Assembly (NCBI GenBank): GCA_964016885.1
Contig: OZ024740.1
Coordinates: 106,144,001-106,208,000 of the forward strand
Length of the DNA stretch: 64,000 bases
Reading direction: 5' to 3'
From: Eledone cirrhosa
Lineage: Eukaryota
Shown here piece by piece: positions 31,406 through 44,333 of the stretch. The notes under the pieces were generated by a model that saw only the letters and a program-made list of their open reading frames with translations, searched no databases and had not been told where the DNA came from. How positions within the stretch are numbered: position 1 is the stretch's first letter; each line of letters begins with the position of its first letter. The position numbers were made by a program, and so were the translations under genes.

Positions 31406-31512
31406 GAATAATTGCCTTATGTTGTTTATTACATAATAATAATAATTAAGCTCTGTTGCATACATAGAGCACTCTTTTTTCCTGGACTTTTCCGATGGAA
31501 TTACTTCACATA

Positions 31513-31544
<32 letters not shown>

Positions 31545-31899
31545 CATATATATGTATGTATATACATATATATTCACAACATGGCTGGATGAACACACTC
31601 TTTTAACAGAAATGTTTCCGTTTCTTCCTTCAAACGTTAAAATAATATATATCTTTATTGTACTGTTTTTCTATTTATTTTTCGCATATATATATATACA
31701 GAGAGAGAGAGAGGGGGGGCGGGGAGAGAGAGGATACATAGATAGATAGGCAAATAGATAAATGCATGCATATATGCGCGCATGTCCGCGTGTGTGTAAT
31801 TCTGAAATAAATAATGGTATAATTGATAAAATGATGTCACCATCTCCTCTCATGGAAGAATGAAAAAACATCTGTTTTATCACATGGTCAGTAAATTCC

Positions 31900-32260
31900 G
31901 TCATCGTCTTTAGCATGAACGTAAAAATCTCTTTAGAAACAAAACTGAAAGTCTACCAAGCTGTAATCCATTCCGTTCTCTTGTATGTATCGGAATCTTG
32001 GGTTTCCTATTGATCAGATATTAACCAGCTTGATGACTTCCGACCATTTCTGGATACAGCTTAATAATTTCTGATATTGACATAATAATTTCTGATATTG
32101 CAATTTCAATTAGGATGAATTGGTGATGTCGTTAAATTGAGTGACAATATTTCGAAGGTCTTCATGTGTAGCTAGCTCCACAATTGAAGAAGATACGTGG
32201 GAAGACCTTCGCTAAGTTTCAGGAACAAGCTTAGAATTAACCTAAAATGACAAAAGATTC
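31900..32260 (+). pseudogene. Degraded RTE/BovB-like LINE C-terminal fragment
   Basis: ISLETKLKVYQAVIHSVLLYVSESWVS, followed by decayed sequence. Confidence 0.6.
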
Positions 32261-33156
32261 TTCTACAAACATTTGAAGAAACTGCTTTGAATCTCAATGA
32301 ATGTAAGTTAACTTGCTTAGTGGGTTGGTCATTGGGTTATTTACTCCGGTAAATACCACTGCATGCCAACCACTAATTTAATTTGAAAGAAGATATAGAA
32401 GAACTTTTATGTGATTTTCCTTGGTTTGAATTACCTCTCTCCATTCATCGTAATAAAATGAAGCGTGACGAATATCTCAAAACGAGTACCAATAACAATT
32501 TGTATTTTATTGTAGTGTGCGTATTACAATTTGGTAATAAAACGTACCTTGTGACATGATAGAAGTGTAATCCTGAAATGCAAGATAGGATTGGAAAAAG
32601 CTTAACATATTTGTGCTCGGTGTGGTCAGTTCAAGAGCCTGCTGCCAAAGAGAGGAAGATTGCCCTTTGCTCTTTCTTTTATAATCCCTGGAACGGAAGT
32701 CCAAGGAATATCCTAGAAATTCTACGGGAAGTAACTCTAGCTCTTTCCCTTTATCTAGAGAAAGCTCAAGATTCCCCTCTCAGACGAGAAGTCGAATAAC
32801 CAACGGAAGGTCATTGAAGCGAGAACCCGTAAGAAATGAGGAGCAACGCAAAGGTACAAGATAATGCATGAATACAACATGAGCTCGCAACTGAAGCAAA
32901 TAGCAAAAAAGCACAAAACAAGTAAATGCATTTTACAAAGAAAAATTTTTTTTGCTGCACAAGGATGATGCAGAAAAATGTAAATGTAACAAAACTGATA
33001 ACTCAAAGTTAACATAAAAGAGCAGAGAAAAATCAATGCTCAATGGTAAGTTCAAAGTTTCTTCAAAATCAAATAGTTCATACATCACCAGTGTACAGAC
33101 TTTTCTGACATTAATTATATCTGAACCTGAAAAGAGTTTGTTAATGCCACCAGGGA

Positions 33157-35100
33157 TTAAATGTATATAGTTTTTGACAATTTACGTGGCCATGTTACTG
33201 TTCTGCCACCTCGTGTGACATAAGGTTGTGTGGCATGTGTTGTTTGCGGTGGAGGTGAAGGTGTTGGTGTGGGAGTGAATGTACGAGGTGTGTCAGGCAT
33301 TGTAATGAGACTTTCAGAGAAAGCCCTCTTTGCTCTGTCAATGGATATTGTCTCTTTTCGACCAGTGACAGCTACCGTGAAATGTTTTTGTGTGTGCGAA
33401 AGCACACGAAAAGGTCCATTATAGGGTGACGGAAGCGGTCCCTTGACGGAATCATTCCGTATAAAAATGTGTGTCCACATAGACATGTCCGATGGAACAG
33501 CAGAAGAAATAGACTGGTCACGAGGGTTCATTGGTGGAAGATCCGAGAAGTAAGAACGAATCCTGGTGACATATGATGTTGGATCAAGATGCGATGAGTC
33601 AACCGGTGCTAGCATTTAACCTGGAAGAGTCAAGGTGGTACCGTAAAGAAGTTCAGCTGAGGAGAAACCCAAATCTGTCTTAACGGCAGAACGACAACCA
33701 AGAAGCACGATTGGCAAAAATTCGGTCCAACGTTGCGGATCAGGAGTAGTGCGGAGTGCAGCTTTCAACTGTCTGTGAAACCTCTCCACCATTCCATTGG
33801 AGGCTGAGTGATAGCTGGTCGTATGAATGTGATGCGCACCCAAAAGTCGTGATATTTCACGAAATAAGGAAGCCTCGAAGTGACGTCCCCGATTCGTGGT
33901 TATTTTAGAAGGAACACCAAAGCGAGCAACCCAATTGGAAATGAAAGCTCGAGCAACGGACTCGGCTGTTATGTCCACTAGGGTTGTGGATTCTTTCGAG
34001 AGAAACGATCGATACAGTTCAATATATAAGTGAACCCACGACTAACGGGCCAAGGACCAACGATATCCATGTCAATGTGACGGAAACGAGCGTCCGGCGG
34101 GCTAAATTCACCAAGAGGAGCGCGAACATGCCGATGAACCTTAGAGCGCTGACACTGCGAACAAGAACGTGCCCAACCGGTAATTAAACGACGCATGTTA
34201 GGCCAGAAGAATCGGGCCGAGATGAGCTTCACCGCGACCGCTATGCTGGGATGTGACAAGGAATGAAGTGCATCAAAAATGGTACGTTGATGGCAATCTG
34301 GAACAAGTGGTCTGGGTGAGCCAGTAGAAATGTCGCAAATAATTTTCCCTTCAGCAGACGGAAGAGGTAAATATTCACATTTACAGCAGGAAAACTGGGT
34401 AGAAGAAGTATCCAGAGAATCCAAAGAAGGTTGATCAGTCGCAATGGCAACCGAATCAATATATGCAGGAGACGCAAGGAAGCACACAGTGAGTCGAGAC
34501 AGTGCCTCCGTGGGTACGTTGGCAGCTCCGGCTATATGACGAATGTCACTGGTGTACTGGGAGATGAAATCCAAATGCCTGTATGCCCTCAGACTTGGAT
34601 TGAAGAGCGAATGTGAGTCGTTTATGGTCTGTGAATACCGTGAACTTCCGACGTTCAAGAAGATGGTGGAAGTGTCTCCCAGCAAGATAAACTGCTAAAA
34701 GCTCTCTGTCAAAAGTACTGTAACGTTGCTCTGCTGGTTTTAATTGGCATGAGAAAAACGCCAGTGGTTGAAACTGGTGGTTGATTGTATGTTAAAAGAC
34801 TGCTCCGACAGCATGATCGGACGCATTGACAGTTAAGGAGAGCCTCGCGTTCGCAAAAGGATGAGCCAGGAAGGAAACTTTAGCTATTTCGGACATGACG
34901 GATTCAAAAGATTGCAAATTATCGGCAGAAAGTGAAATGGGAGCATCTTTCTTTTTCGCAGCCTTTAAAAACTGTGTCAAGGGAAACAACGTGTCCGCAC
35001 AGTTAGGGATGAAACGACGATAAAAGTTGATTAATACTAAGAAATGACGTAACTGTCTCAATGAGGTGGGAGGTGCGATTCGCTGAATCGCTTCCACCTT
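33157..35100 (-). mobile_element. Gypsy/Ty3 LTR retrotransposon pol fragment (RT connection, RNase H, integrase), frameshifted
   Basis: LRHFLVLINFYRRFIP, NASDHAVGAV, LHSLSHP..CSQCQ (HHCC), MDIVGP, NGMVERFHRQLK, YNGPF (GPY/F); no LTRs found. Confidence 0.9.
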
Positions 35101-35312
35101 TTAACAGTCTTTCCTATCTATCTGTTTGGTTGAGCACACTTCTCTGAGTGGTTTTGGGCTGCCCTTTCTAGCAGCCCGTTCCTCAGAGGCCACTGGTTCA
35201 CTGCCCTTAAACACGCTGTGACTTCTCTCTCCCACGTGTAGCTGGACAGTCACTTTTAAAATTATCTTAGTGTTGTCTGAAATGTATAGCCTTACACACG
35301 CTGAGGAACCGA

Positions 35313-35499
35313 TGGTGGATTGGCAGTATCGGTAGAGAGTCGGGCGCCATGCTTTGACGCATAGAGTTACGGCCCTTGCCATTCTGAGTTGAAATCCCGC
35401 CAAGGTTAACTTTGCCTTTCATCCTTACGGGGTCGATAAAATAAAGTACCAGTAATGTACTGGGTAATTGCTGGCCTTGTGCCAAAAGTAGAAACAATT
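35313..35499 (+). mobile_element. tRNA-derived SINE (young subfamily)
   Basis: Near-identical to 61958-62152 and to the reverse complement of 43237-43418. Confidence 0.85.
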
Positions 35500-35504
35500 A
35501 TATA

Positions 35505-35546
<42 letters not shown>

Positions 35547-35589
35547 ATATATATATAAGAACAAAAGATGGTTAAAAGAGTTCCATGTA

Positions 35590-35656
35590 TTTTATTATGC
35601 GCATTTCAAAAACAAATATCATCATGCAATAATATTTGTGTTTTCATCAGATAAAA
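35590..35656 (-). ncRNA. Type I hammerhead ribozyme with long helix II
   Basis: TTTTAT-CTGATGA-AAACACAAATATTAT..ATGATATTTGTTTTT-GAA-ATGCGCAT-A-ATAAAA; palindromic helix III. Confidence 0.85.
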
Positions 35657-35947
35657 CAGGACATGATATGAAGGTTAAAAAACACTTGTGGATAGTTCAG
35701 TTTTAAATCAACATATGAGAAGTAGTTTTAGATTGGGAAAAATATTTTATTTAGAGGGGGTGGGGTGGAAAGGATGAAAAAAAGAAGGAGATGAGAGTGA
35801 AGGTGGAGAGGGAGGAGTATAATGAGGAAGGATGAGATAGGAGGAGAGATGGGTGATAGAGAGAGAGAGATAGCTTTTATAACTGAGAAAGATATATTCT
35901 TTTACATAGAGAGGTTGAAAACCGTTGGAAGATAATGTATAAATTAA

Positions 35948-36487
35948 AAGAATTTGAAAATTAACGAAGAGAAAAATAATGTAAAGTTAAGGTTTGTATA
36001 TTGAGGGGTTTGATAATATGTGCGAAGAAAAAGAAAGAGTTAATATGTATTGAGAATAATGAGTTAGATGAAAGGGAGAAAAGAATAATGAATTGAGGAG
36101 GAATAATCTAACGTCAAAAAAAATGTATATGTTTACGAAGGATTTTTACAAGGTGATATAGAGTAAGAATGTGTTGTATTATGTAATAATTGATTCTATG
36201 TTAGGCAAGAGTGAGAAAAGGTACAGATTAGGGGTTAGATATGTAGAAAGAGTAAACAAGTATTATAGAATTTGAAAATTAACGAAGAGAAAAATAATGT
36301 AAAGTTAAGGTTTGTATATTGAAGGGTTTGATAATATGTGCGAAGAAAAAGAAAATATTAATATGTATTGAGAATAATGAGTTAGATGAAAGGGAGAAAA
36401 GAATAATGAATTGAGGAGGAATAATCTAACGTCAAAAAAAATGTATATGTTTACGAAGGATTTTTACAAGGTGATATAGAGTAAGAG
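35948..36487. repeat. ~220-bp direct duplication in the PLE 3' UTR
   Basis: agaatttgaaaattaacgaagag...gatatagagtaaga at ~35949 and ~36268. Confidence 0.85.
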
Positions 36488-36619
36488 TAATGAGTAAACA
36501 AGTATTATAGAATGTATAATAACCTTTGAAATAAGGTAGAAAGATGGGTATATTTTTAAAAGAAGTGTATATATATGTGCCTTTGAGAAAAAGATTCTAA
36601 ATTGATAAAGAATTGAATA

Positions 36620-38017
36620 TTAGCTGTATACTTTGTGAAATGTTTTATGGAATTTATGCAAGCAGATAGAAAACAAGTCATTGCGTCTATTTATTATAGA
36701 ATCTAGATTAGAGATAATGGTAAATTTTTCATTTAGACAGAGATTGCAGATTTTAGACGCAGAAGAAACCTTCTTCCAAAAGATGCTATATTTAATGTTT
36801 TTGTCTTTCAAGGACCATATGAGTTCTGAGAGAGCCGTGTTGGTTCTTTTAAGTTTGTATTTAAAAGACGAATGATGGTTATAAAGACGAGCTTTAAAAG
36901 AGGTGGAAGTGGAGCCAAAATAGGTGAAGGAATTGGTGTCAGTTATAACCTTACATTCGTAAATTAAGTTTTTATCAAGACAATGGTTGTTGAGAGGACA
37001 TTTATTTTTAATAGGGCAATTGCAATTGCAATTAGAGATATTATTAATGATTGACCTAGTGTTATCTATAGAAGGAATTGGATTGGAGAAGTTGTTTGCG
37101 ATAGGAATAATAGTTTCTTGATTTAGAATGGGATTATGAACATTTAGCGAAGTTGTGTTTGACGTTGTATTTGGGTTTGTAGAAATTAGCCTAGGGTTTA
37201 CAATGACGTCGGGAGTACTATTATTATGAAATTCAGTGTTGGAAGGAAGAGATTTAGTATTTAGTATTTTATTGTTGTGTTTAGAGATAATGTTGGAAAT
37301 GTTGGAGGATGTAGAATAAGAACATTTTATGGTGTGTTTGTTAAATATTTTACTATAGATATGTGAGGGAGGGAAGCATTTATTTAAGGCACTAAAGAAT
37401 AATTTAGGAATATTGTTATTAATAGAGATGGAGAAAGGAGCATTATACCAGATTATGTTTTTGTATCTAGGTCTTTTATTAAAGTTATTGGAATGATCAT
37501 GATTAATTATTCTACTGTAATTTCTTCTAGAATTTGTTTCTTTACTATATTTGATTTTATCAGGATAGCCGTCTTTAGAAAGCGCGTTATTATAGTAATT
37601 GGCGTTAGCATCAAAGATGTCTTTATTAGAAGATAGGTTAGAAATTCTTTTTCCAATATTACTAACTATAGCATTCTTGATATTAGTAGGATGGTTAGAT
37701 TTAAAGTTAACATAATTTAGGTTCTCATTGTTTTTATGGTAAGGGTAATATAGGCCAGTGTCAAGATTAAGAGATACATCCAAGAAATTAGCTAATTTGA
37801 TACTGTTATCAAATTCAATTTTTAGGTTATGTTGGTTAAAGAGATTACGTATATTGTTCTTAATAATATTAAGGTTAACTATATTGCAATTTAAGATAGT
37901 AAAGAGTCCATCGTCACGATAAATTCCACCGCGAAGTAGAGGAATTTTCCGACTCAAAGAGTTCAAAATAAAGATACCAATTAAATCAGTCAATTGGGAT
38001 GAATCGGATGCTCCCAT
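36620..38017 (-). CDS. PLE RT (C-terminal half) plus GIY-YIG endonuclease
   Basis: MGASDS, GGIYRDD, NFLDV, SNHP, IIWYNAPFS, CNC..CPL...C, LIY..YFG, CNLCLNEK, CLH. Confidence 0.9.
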   Translation of the reverse strand: MGASDSSQLTDLIGIFILNSLSRKIPLLRGGIYRDDGLFTILNCNIVNLNIIKNNIRNLFNQHNLKIEFDNSIKLANFLDVSLNLDTGLYYPYHKNNENLNYVNFKSNHPTNIKNAIVSNIGKRISNLSSNKDIFDANANYYNNALSKDGYPDKIKYSKETNSRRNYSRIINHDHSNNFNKRPRYKNIIWYNAPFSISINNNIPKLFFSALNKCFPPSHIYSKIFNKHTIKCSYSTSSNISNIISKHNNKILNTKSLPSNTEFHNNSTPDVIVNPRLISTNPNTTSNTTSLNVHNPILNQETIIPIANNFSNPIPSIDNTRSIINNISNCNCNCPIKNKCPLNNHCLDKNLIYECKVITDTNSFTYFGSTSTSFKARLYNHHSSFKYKLKRTNTALSELIWSLKDKNIKYSIFWKKVSSASKICNLCLNEKFTIISNLDSIINRRNDLFSICLHKFHKTFHKVYS

Positions 38018-38592
38018 TGTGATGTCGAAGTTGTTAGAGGTATCGGCTCTGGTCCAATATTCGTTGTTGAACTCTAAGATGGTTTTACGTGCGGTGAGAA
38101 TGATGTGAAGTTCATCTGACGTGATGTCAGAATATTTAAGTGCGAAAGATAGAGCATTATTGAGAAGTGAAGGCGAAATGGTGGAATAGTGGCTGGCAAT
38201 ATCAAATTGAACAAATTTTAGTTTGTTTTTTATTATTCAATTTGTTGAACCAGCTAATCACTTCAGAAGTACCAAACCATAAATTTAGGTTCAAAGAAGA
38301 GCAATTAGAACGAACCTGTGGGATAATTCTATCCAAGATGGCTTTACTAACAACCCCAGATCTGATTTAGAGGGGGCGATTAATCTAACAGGTAGTTCAG
38401 TGCGAAAATTGTTTTTGTGATCCTTGAGATTTATCCTCGGAGTGCCATTACCACAGATGAACTTCACATCATTCTCACCGCACGTAAAACCATTTTATTA
38501 AAACTAATTTTATTAAGGTTAATTGGAGAGACTTTTCATTCTGGAATATCACCTGCCTCTGAAGCAGGTGAAAATGAATATATATATATATA

Positions 38593-38782
38593 TAACGAAG
38601 GAAATGTGGTAAGGAACCAGGTGGACCATAACGCACCAAAGTACTCAATACTTAGTGTAGTAGAGTGGGTAATAGGAACAAGTAAGACCCCGACGGCTGA
38701 GCTCAAGCCGTTTCGACGGCTAATTCTGTACAGAATTAGCCGTCCAAACGGCTTGAGCTCAGCCGTCGGGGTCTTACTTGTT

Positions 38783-38787
<5 letters not shown>
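38593..38787. mobile_element. Fold-back PLE-terminal fragment with half-hammerheads
   Basis: 116-bp palindrome at 38672-38787, centred on ctgtacag. Confidence 0.7.
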
Positions 38788-38838
<51 letters not shown>

Positions 38839-38891
38839 TAGATATAGATAGGTAAATATACACGGGTGTGTATGATTGTGTATAGAAGATT

Positions 38892-39220
38892 ATATTAATA
38901 AGAGGAATTCCAACTTTGTCTGATTTACTCGTTTTATTTACAATCCTTTAAAATATATATAATGGTATTATAATGAAATAGTATGATATAATAAATTGTA
39001 TGATAGAATAGTATGATAGAATAAATTGAAAATTGCAAACTCGACTGTCACCACATATCATGAACCTGAAGATTTCGAAAGCATGAAAGTACTTGTTCAA
39101 TTAACACTTAGAATTTAATATTCTATCATACTATTTCATTATAATACCATTATATATATTTTAAAGGATTGTAAATAAAACGAGTAAATCAGACAAAGTT
39201 GGAATTCCTCTTATTAATAT
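38892..39220 (+). mobile_element. ORF-less fold-back element carrying an HHR (solo pLTR with inversion)
   Basis: ~97-bp inverted arms at 38892-38988 and 39124-39220, with an HHR between them. Confidence 0.75.
39061..39099 (+). ncRNA. Minimal type I hammerhead ribozyme
   Basis: TGAAC-CTGAAGA-T-TTC gaaa GCA-T-GAA-AGTACT-T-GTTCA; one mismatch in helix II. Confidence 0.75.
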
Positions 39221-39443
39221 ATATATATATATATGTGTGTGTGAGAAAAACCACAGACCCTCCATCTCAACTCACCTTTTGAAAAGCAGAAGAACTGCGA
39301 AACCGGTAAAGGAACCAAATAAATATATATATATTTTTTTTAAATAAGACTCCAGTTGCATTTTCGATTTCATCTCTTTTTCTTTATACTTTCACTCGTG
39401 TAGGACACCTCGGTTATTTTTCATTTTGTAAAAAAAACCTCAC

Positions 39444-39555
<112 letters not shown>

Positions 39556-39729
39556 GTCCTGGGTATGACATTAAACTACACCCAGTGGCAAGGCTACAGT
39601 TCGGGAGTTCAGGAGCTGTGGGGAATGTGGTGTTACTCCTTAGTTGTCATAACTCCCAGATCTGCTCTCGCCCGGAGTAGTAGTACCTGTTAGGGATCCA
39701 TTTATGGGTTAAATAACTACCTTATTCGA

Positions 39730-40812
39730 GTGGCGCTGGTAAGGTATTGTCAGCCATTGAAAAGAAATATGGAGAGTCGATCTAACAGCACTAGGGTTAG
39801 AGCCCCTAATTACACTGTCAATGAGCAGTCTGGTCGTTACGACTCTGCTGGCTTAGAGCCACAGAGAGGGCCAGTGGATGATGGATCAGCTGTCTCTGAG
39901 ACAAATATAAAGAATGCAGTTTTGTCCTGCAGAAGAGCCATCAAAGTGGGCACTTTGAATGTGAGGACTATTCGGACGCTGGAGAAGAGAGAGGATTTGG
40001 GACATCTGTTCGAGGAGAGTGGTATACAGATACTTGCGATCCAAGAACACAGGATCCTACACGATGAGCCCGTTAGGAGTGTTATGATTGGGAAGAGGAG
40101 TCAGCTCATCACCACATCGGCAGTGAGGAACATGACCAATGCTGCAGTGGGAGGAGTGGGTTTTGTTTACAGCACAAAAACCAGTCTATTGGTGAGGGAA
40201 ATAATGCCTGTCTCCCCGCGAGTGTTGAGGGTGAGCTTCAATGGAAACCCAAGACTGCAAGTCATCTCAGCCTATATTCCAACTGAGGGGAACAGTGATG
40301 TGAGTGCGGAAGTGTTCCATGAGGAAGTGTGTAGAGCTGTCAACACTACTCAAGCACACATCCTGCTTGTTTTGGGGGACTTCAATGCACATCTGAGTAA
40401 AGAGGGCAGTGAAGATCCTTGCTGGTACTTCCATAACAACACCAACCGAAATGGAACACTACTGAGAGACACCCTGCTGGAGGCGAACTTGATAGCGACC
40501 AACCTAAGGTTTAGGATGAATCCGGGGAAGATGTGGACCTACATCTCAGATATGCACCTGTCCAAGTCCCAGATTGATTTCATTCTGGTGAGGAAAAAGT
40601 GGCGGAATACTGTTCTGAACACAGCACCATACAGCTATTTCAGTACACTGGGTAGTGACCACCGGCTTGTTATGAGTGAGGTCCGGGTGAGCTTAAGAAA
40701 GAGCAAGGCTCAGCCCCGGAGAGCAATCTATGACTGCGGAGCTTTCAAGGAAGTGGAAGTGAAGAACATATTCAGTGCTCTGGTTGGAGAGACAGAGGAG
40801 AGAGAGATTTGA
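39730..40812 (+). pseudogene. LINE apurinic-type endonuclease domain
   Basis: GTLNVRT, LAIQE, GGVG, GDFNA, QIDFIL, SDH. Confidence 0.92.
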
Positions 40813-40827
40813 TGGACTGAGGAGAGT

Positions 40828-42821
40828 GTGACGAGGAGGTACGGGCACTTCACCAATGCAGTGGCGGAAGCAAGTGAAACCCTGATGCCGAGGAAAAAGA
40901 ACAAAAGGAAGCACGTCAGCTCTGCAAACCCAAAAGTGTGTGCAGCCAGAGAACACCTGAAAGCTGCCAAGGACCAATTCTATGCTGATCCTACGGAGGA
41001 GAGGATGGAGACTGTGGAGGTGATGAGGGAAGAACTCTGTACCGCTTACACTGAGGCCAGAGAGGCGGCACTGATAGAGAAGATCAGAAGTGTGGAGGGA
41101 GCGGTTGACAGATCTGGATGTAAAGAGAGCTGGATGATCATCAGCGAGATCACAGGGAGGAAGAGAAGGTGTTCGAGTCAGATCCAGGGGCCCGAGGATA
41201 GGAAGAGGAAATGGCTAGACCATTTTAGGACCCTACTAGGAGAGCCACCCTCCACAGCCCAGAGCACTGGGGAGATCAGGCGGCTGTTTGAGGAACTGGA
41301 TATTGAGACAGAGCCCTTCACCAGAGAGGAGCTGCAGAGAGCCAAGAAGAGGATCACGGAGTGCAAGGTTAATGGAGAAGATGGAGTGACATCAGAGGTG
41401 ATGAAGAGGTGTGATTTTGATGATATCATCCTGGGGTTCTGTAACCGGGCACTGGAGAAAGGAGTTGCCCCGAATCAGTGGAGGATCAGTAACATCGCCC
41501 CAGTGCCAAAGAAGGGAGATCTCTCAACACCAACAGCTACAGGAGGATCTCACTGACGTCACTTGTGGCAAAGACCCTCAACAAGATGATTCTTAACAGG
41601 ATCCAGCTTGAGATGGAGAAGAAGGTCAGGGACAGCCAGAACGGCTTCAGAGAGGGAAGATCAACCACCAGTCACATCCTGATGCTGAGAGGGATATGAG
41701 AGGGAGCTAGAGCAAAGTGCCTTCCTGCGGTCATGGTTTTCATTGACTTTAGGAAGGCCTTTGATTCTGTGGACCGCCACTGCCTGATGAAGATCTTACA
41801 GGCTTATGGAATCCCCAAGAAGATAGTGGACCTGATATCACTGCTCTACACCAACACCAAAGCCCAAGTCATTACACCTGATGGGATGACAGAGTTCTTT
41901 GAGATACTGGCTGGAGTGCTCCAGGGAGATACATTGGCTCCCTACCTTTTTATCATCGTAGTGGACTATTGTATGCGCCTTGCACAGGAGAAACACCAGG
42001 ACTCTGGCTTTACTGTAGCACCGGCTCAGAGCAGGAGAGTTAAGACGAAAAAGGTATCAGATGCTGAATTTGCCGACGACATAGTTTTGGTGACAAATAC
42101 AGTGAAGGAGGTAGAGGATTTGATGCGAGAGGTTGAGACTGTGTCGATGAGTGTGGGGCTGAGAATGAATGAGACTAAAACAAAATATCTGGTAGAGAAT
42201 GTTGAGAAGCCAGTAGGGATCACTAATGTAGGCGGGAAGCCGCTAGAATTGGTTGAGGGCTTCCTGTATTTGGGAGCAAAGATTGGGAATACAGAAGATG
42301 ATGTGGTTGAGAGGAAGAGCAAAGCCTGGGCGGCGTGCCACACCTTGAGATTGGTGTAGAAGTCGGACATTCGTAAAGACCTAAAAATCCGCCTCTTCAT
42401 TGCTGTAGTGGAGTCTTTGCTGCTGTACGGGTCTGAGACTTGGACACTGACCAAGAAACTCACTCAGATGGTGGATGGGTGCTATACGAGAATGCTGAGG
42501 ATGGTTCTGAACATTAATCAGTATACACTGAGGATGAAAAACTCAGAGTTGTACGGGAGCCTCCCAAAAGTCAGCTCAAAAGTGACACAGAGGAGACTGA
42601 GGTTAGCTGGACATGCTCACCGACATCCAGAGTTGACATTGCACTCAGTGCTCCTGTGGGAGCTCCTACATGGACACACTGGAAGAAGAAGACCAAGGTT
42701 AACGTATGTTGATGCCCTAAGGACAGACACTGGTCTATTGGAGACGCAGAACATGGCAACGATAATGAGGGGCAGAGACCGCTGGAGAGAACTCGTCCAT
42801 GGATCTCGGGAATTTTACCCG

Positions 42822-42825
<4 letters not shown>
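40828..42825 (+). pseudogene. LINE reverse transcriptase and C-terminus
   Basis: PVPKKGDL, FIDFRKAFDSV, GVLQGDTLAPYLF, FADD, FLYLG, LLYGSETW, RRLRLAGH. Confidence 0.92.
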
Positions 42826-42910
<85 letters not shown>

Positions 42911-43236
42911 TAAACACGTGCGAGAAATAAGGAATCAGAAAACTCGGAAGACACAAACAGAAGAACAATTTCCGTTCATTGACTCTCTTCTGTGGGTCAT
43001 TATAGTTTCGGCTACTTTAAAAACAGGACTATTCACCGCAGTGCATGAATAACTAACCACGGATAGCTATTGGGGAAGAAAACACAACGGCCGTTGGACG
43101 AAGTAATAACAAAAACACAAACAGGAAAAAAAAAAGCAAAGAAATATCGATCTCTCGATATGGGGCGGGATAATAGTTACAATCGAAAGCAGCACACATA
43201 AATGGGGTAGTAACCTTAGAAAGGAATTAAATAAAT

Positions 43237-43418
43237 TAATTGTTTCTACTTTTGGCACAAGGCCAGCAATAACCCAGTACATTACTGGTACTTTATTTTA
43301 TTGACCCCGTAAGGATGAAAGGCAAAGTTAACCTCGACGGGATTTGAACTCAGAATGGCAAGGGCCGTAACTCTATGCGTCAAAGCATGGCGTCCGATCC
43401 TCTACCGATACTGCCAAT
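43237..43418 (-). mobile_element. tRNA-derived SINE (young subfamily)
   Basis: Reverse complement of 35313-35499. Confidence 0.85.
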
Positions 43419-43932
43419 TAAATAAATTAATACAAGTTAGTTTGGGCATTAGTCCTAGAACCGGTGTTAACAGGCAAGATATGTGGCGAAATCGACAACA
43501 GAAGAAAACAAAGCTTGAAAGGACGTGTTGCGTCGGGTAGTATGAACGGAAGTAGTGGGTAGAGCAGAGAGGGAGAAAAAAGGTAGATGGAGGGATATAG
43601 AGGAGAGAATAAAGATAGATATACGGAGGGGGTAAGAGTGAGAAAGAGAGAGAGAGCCACAGCAGTAGTAAACAACAGTTTGATTAATATATATATTGTT
43701 ATTTAAACTGATTGTATTTTCGTTGTTGTTGTGGCTTCTGTGGCTTTGTCCCCTTAACCACAGTTTTCAATTTGTCACGCTATCTAACGTATGTTTATGA
43801 CTCTAAGATGTAACCTGTCGATTTATCGATACATTCTTATTGAGTGCTTCGTGCAAATCCGAATTTTTGTTCTATCGCGGATGTTGACCAACCGTCACAA
43901 CTTCGATTTTAGTAACCTTCCAATCGTATATA

Positions 43933-44018
<86 letters not shown>

Positions 44019-44333
44019 TGCAAATCTATTTCGAGTAATGCCTGATATTTAAGCCTGTGCATTACAGACGTGGCTTTTCATTGCCAGAGAACATCTCCGC
44101 GAACATCTCCACGAACTTCCTAATATTAATCTACGACTTCATTTATACCATAAACGTGGTTTTGTCTTTGCGTGTAATTGTTTTCACCGCTCCACATAAT
44201 GACGTATTATATTCGTTTTCTTCCGTTCTTTGCCAGGGAACGTTCCACGAATCCAAGAATCGTCTTCCTGTCTTCCTTCGGTTGCAACGTTTTTCGAAAT
44301 ATTTACTTCTGCGTTCACAGATTGATTTTTTTA

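Larger units (their letters stand above)
35555..38415 (-). mobile_element. Penelope/Poseidon-type PLE, 5' truncated
   Basis: RT-endonuclease ORF, long 3' UTR with HHR and internal duplication, (TA)n at the 3' end. Confidence 0.88.
39556..42825 (+). mobile_element. RTE-clade LINE, near full length, inserted in (TA)n; several stops and a frameshift
   Basis: Single APE-RT ORF in four pieces; both flanks are TA tracts. Confidence 0.92.

Noticed and set aside
32500-35310. LTRs, gag or RT core for the Gypsy fragment
   Set aside because: No flanking direct repeats, and coding similarity stops at about 35100
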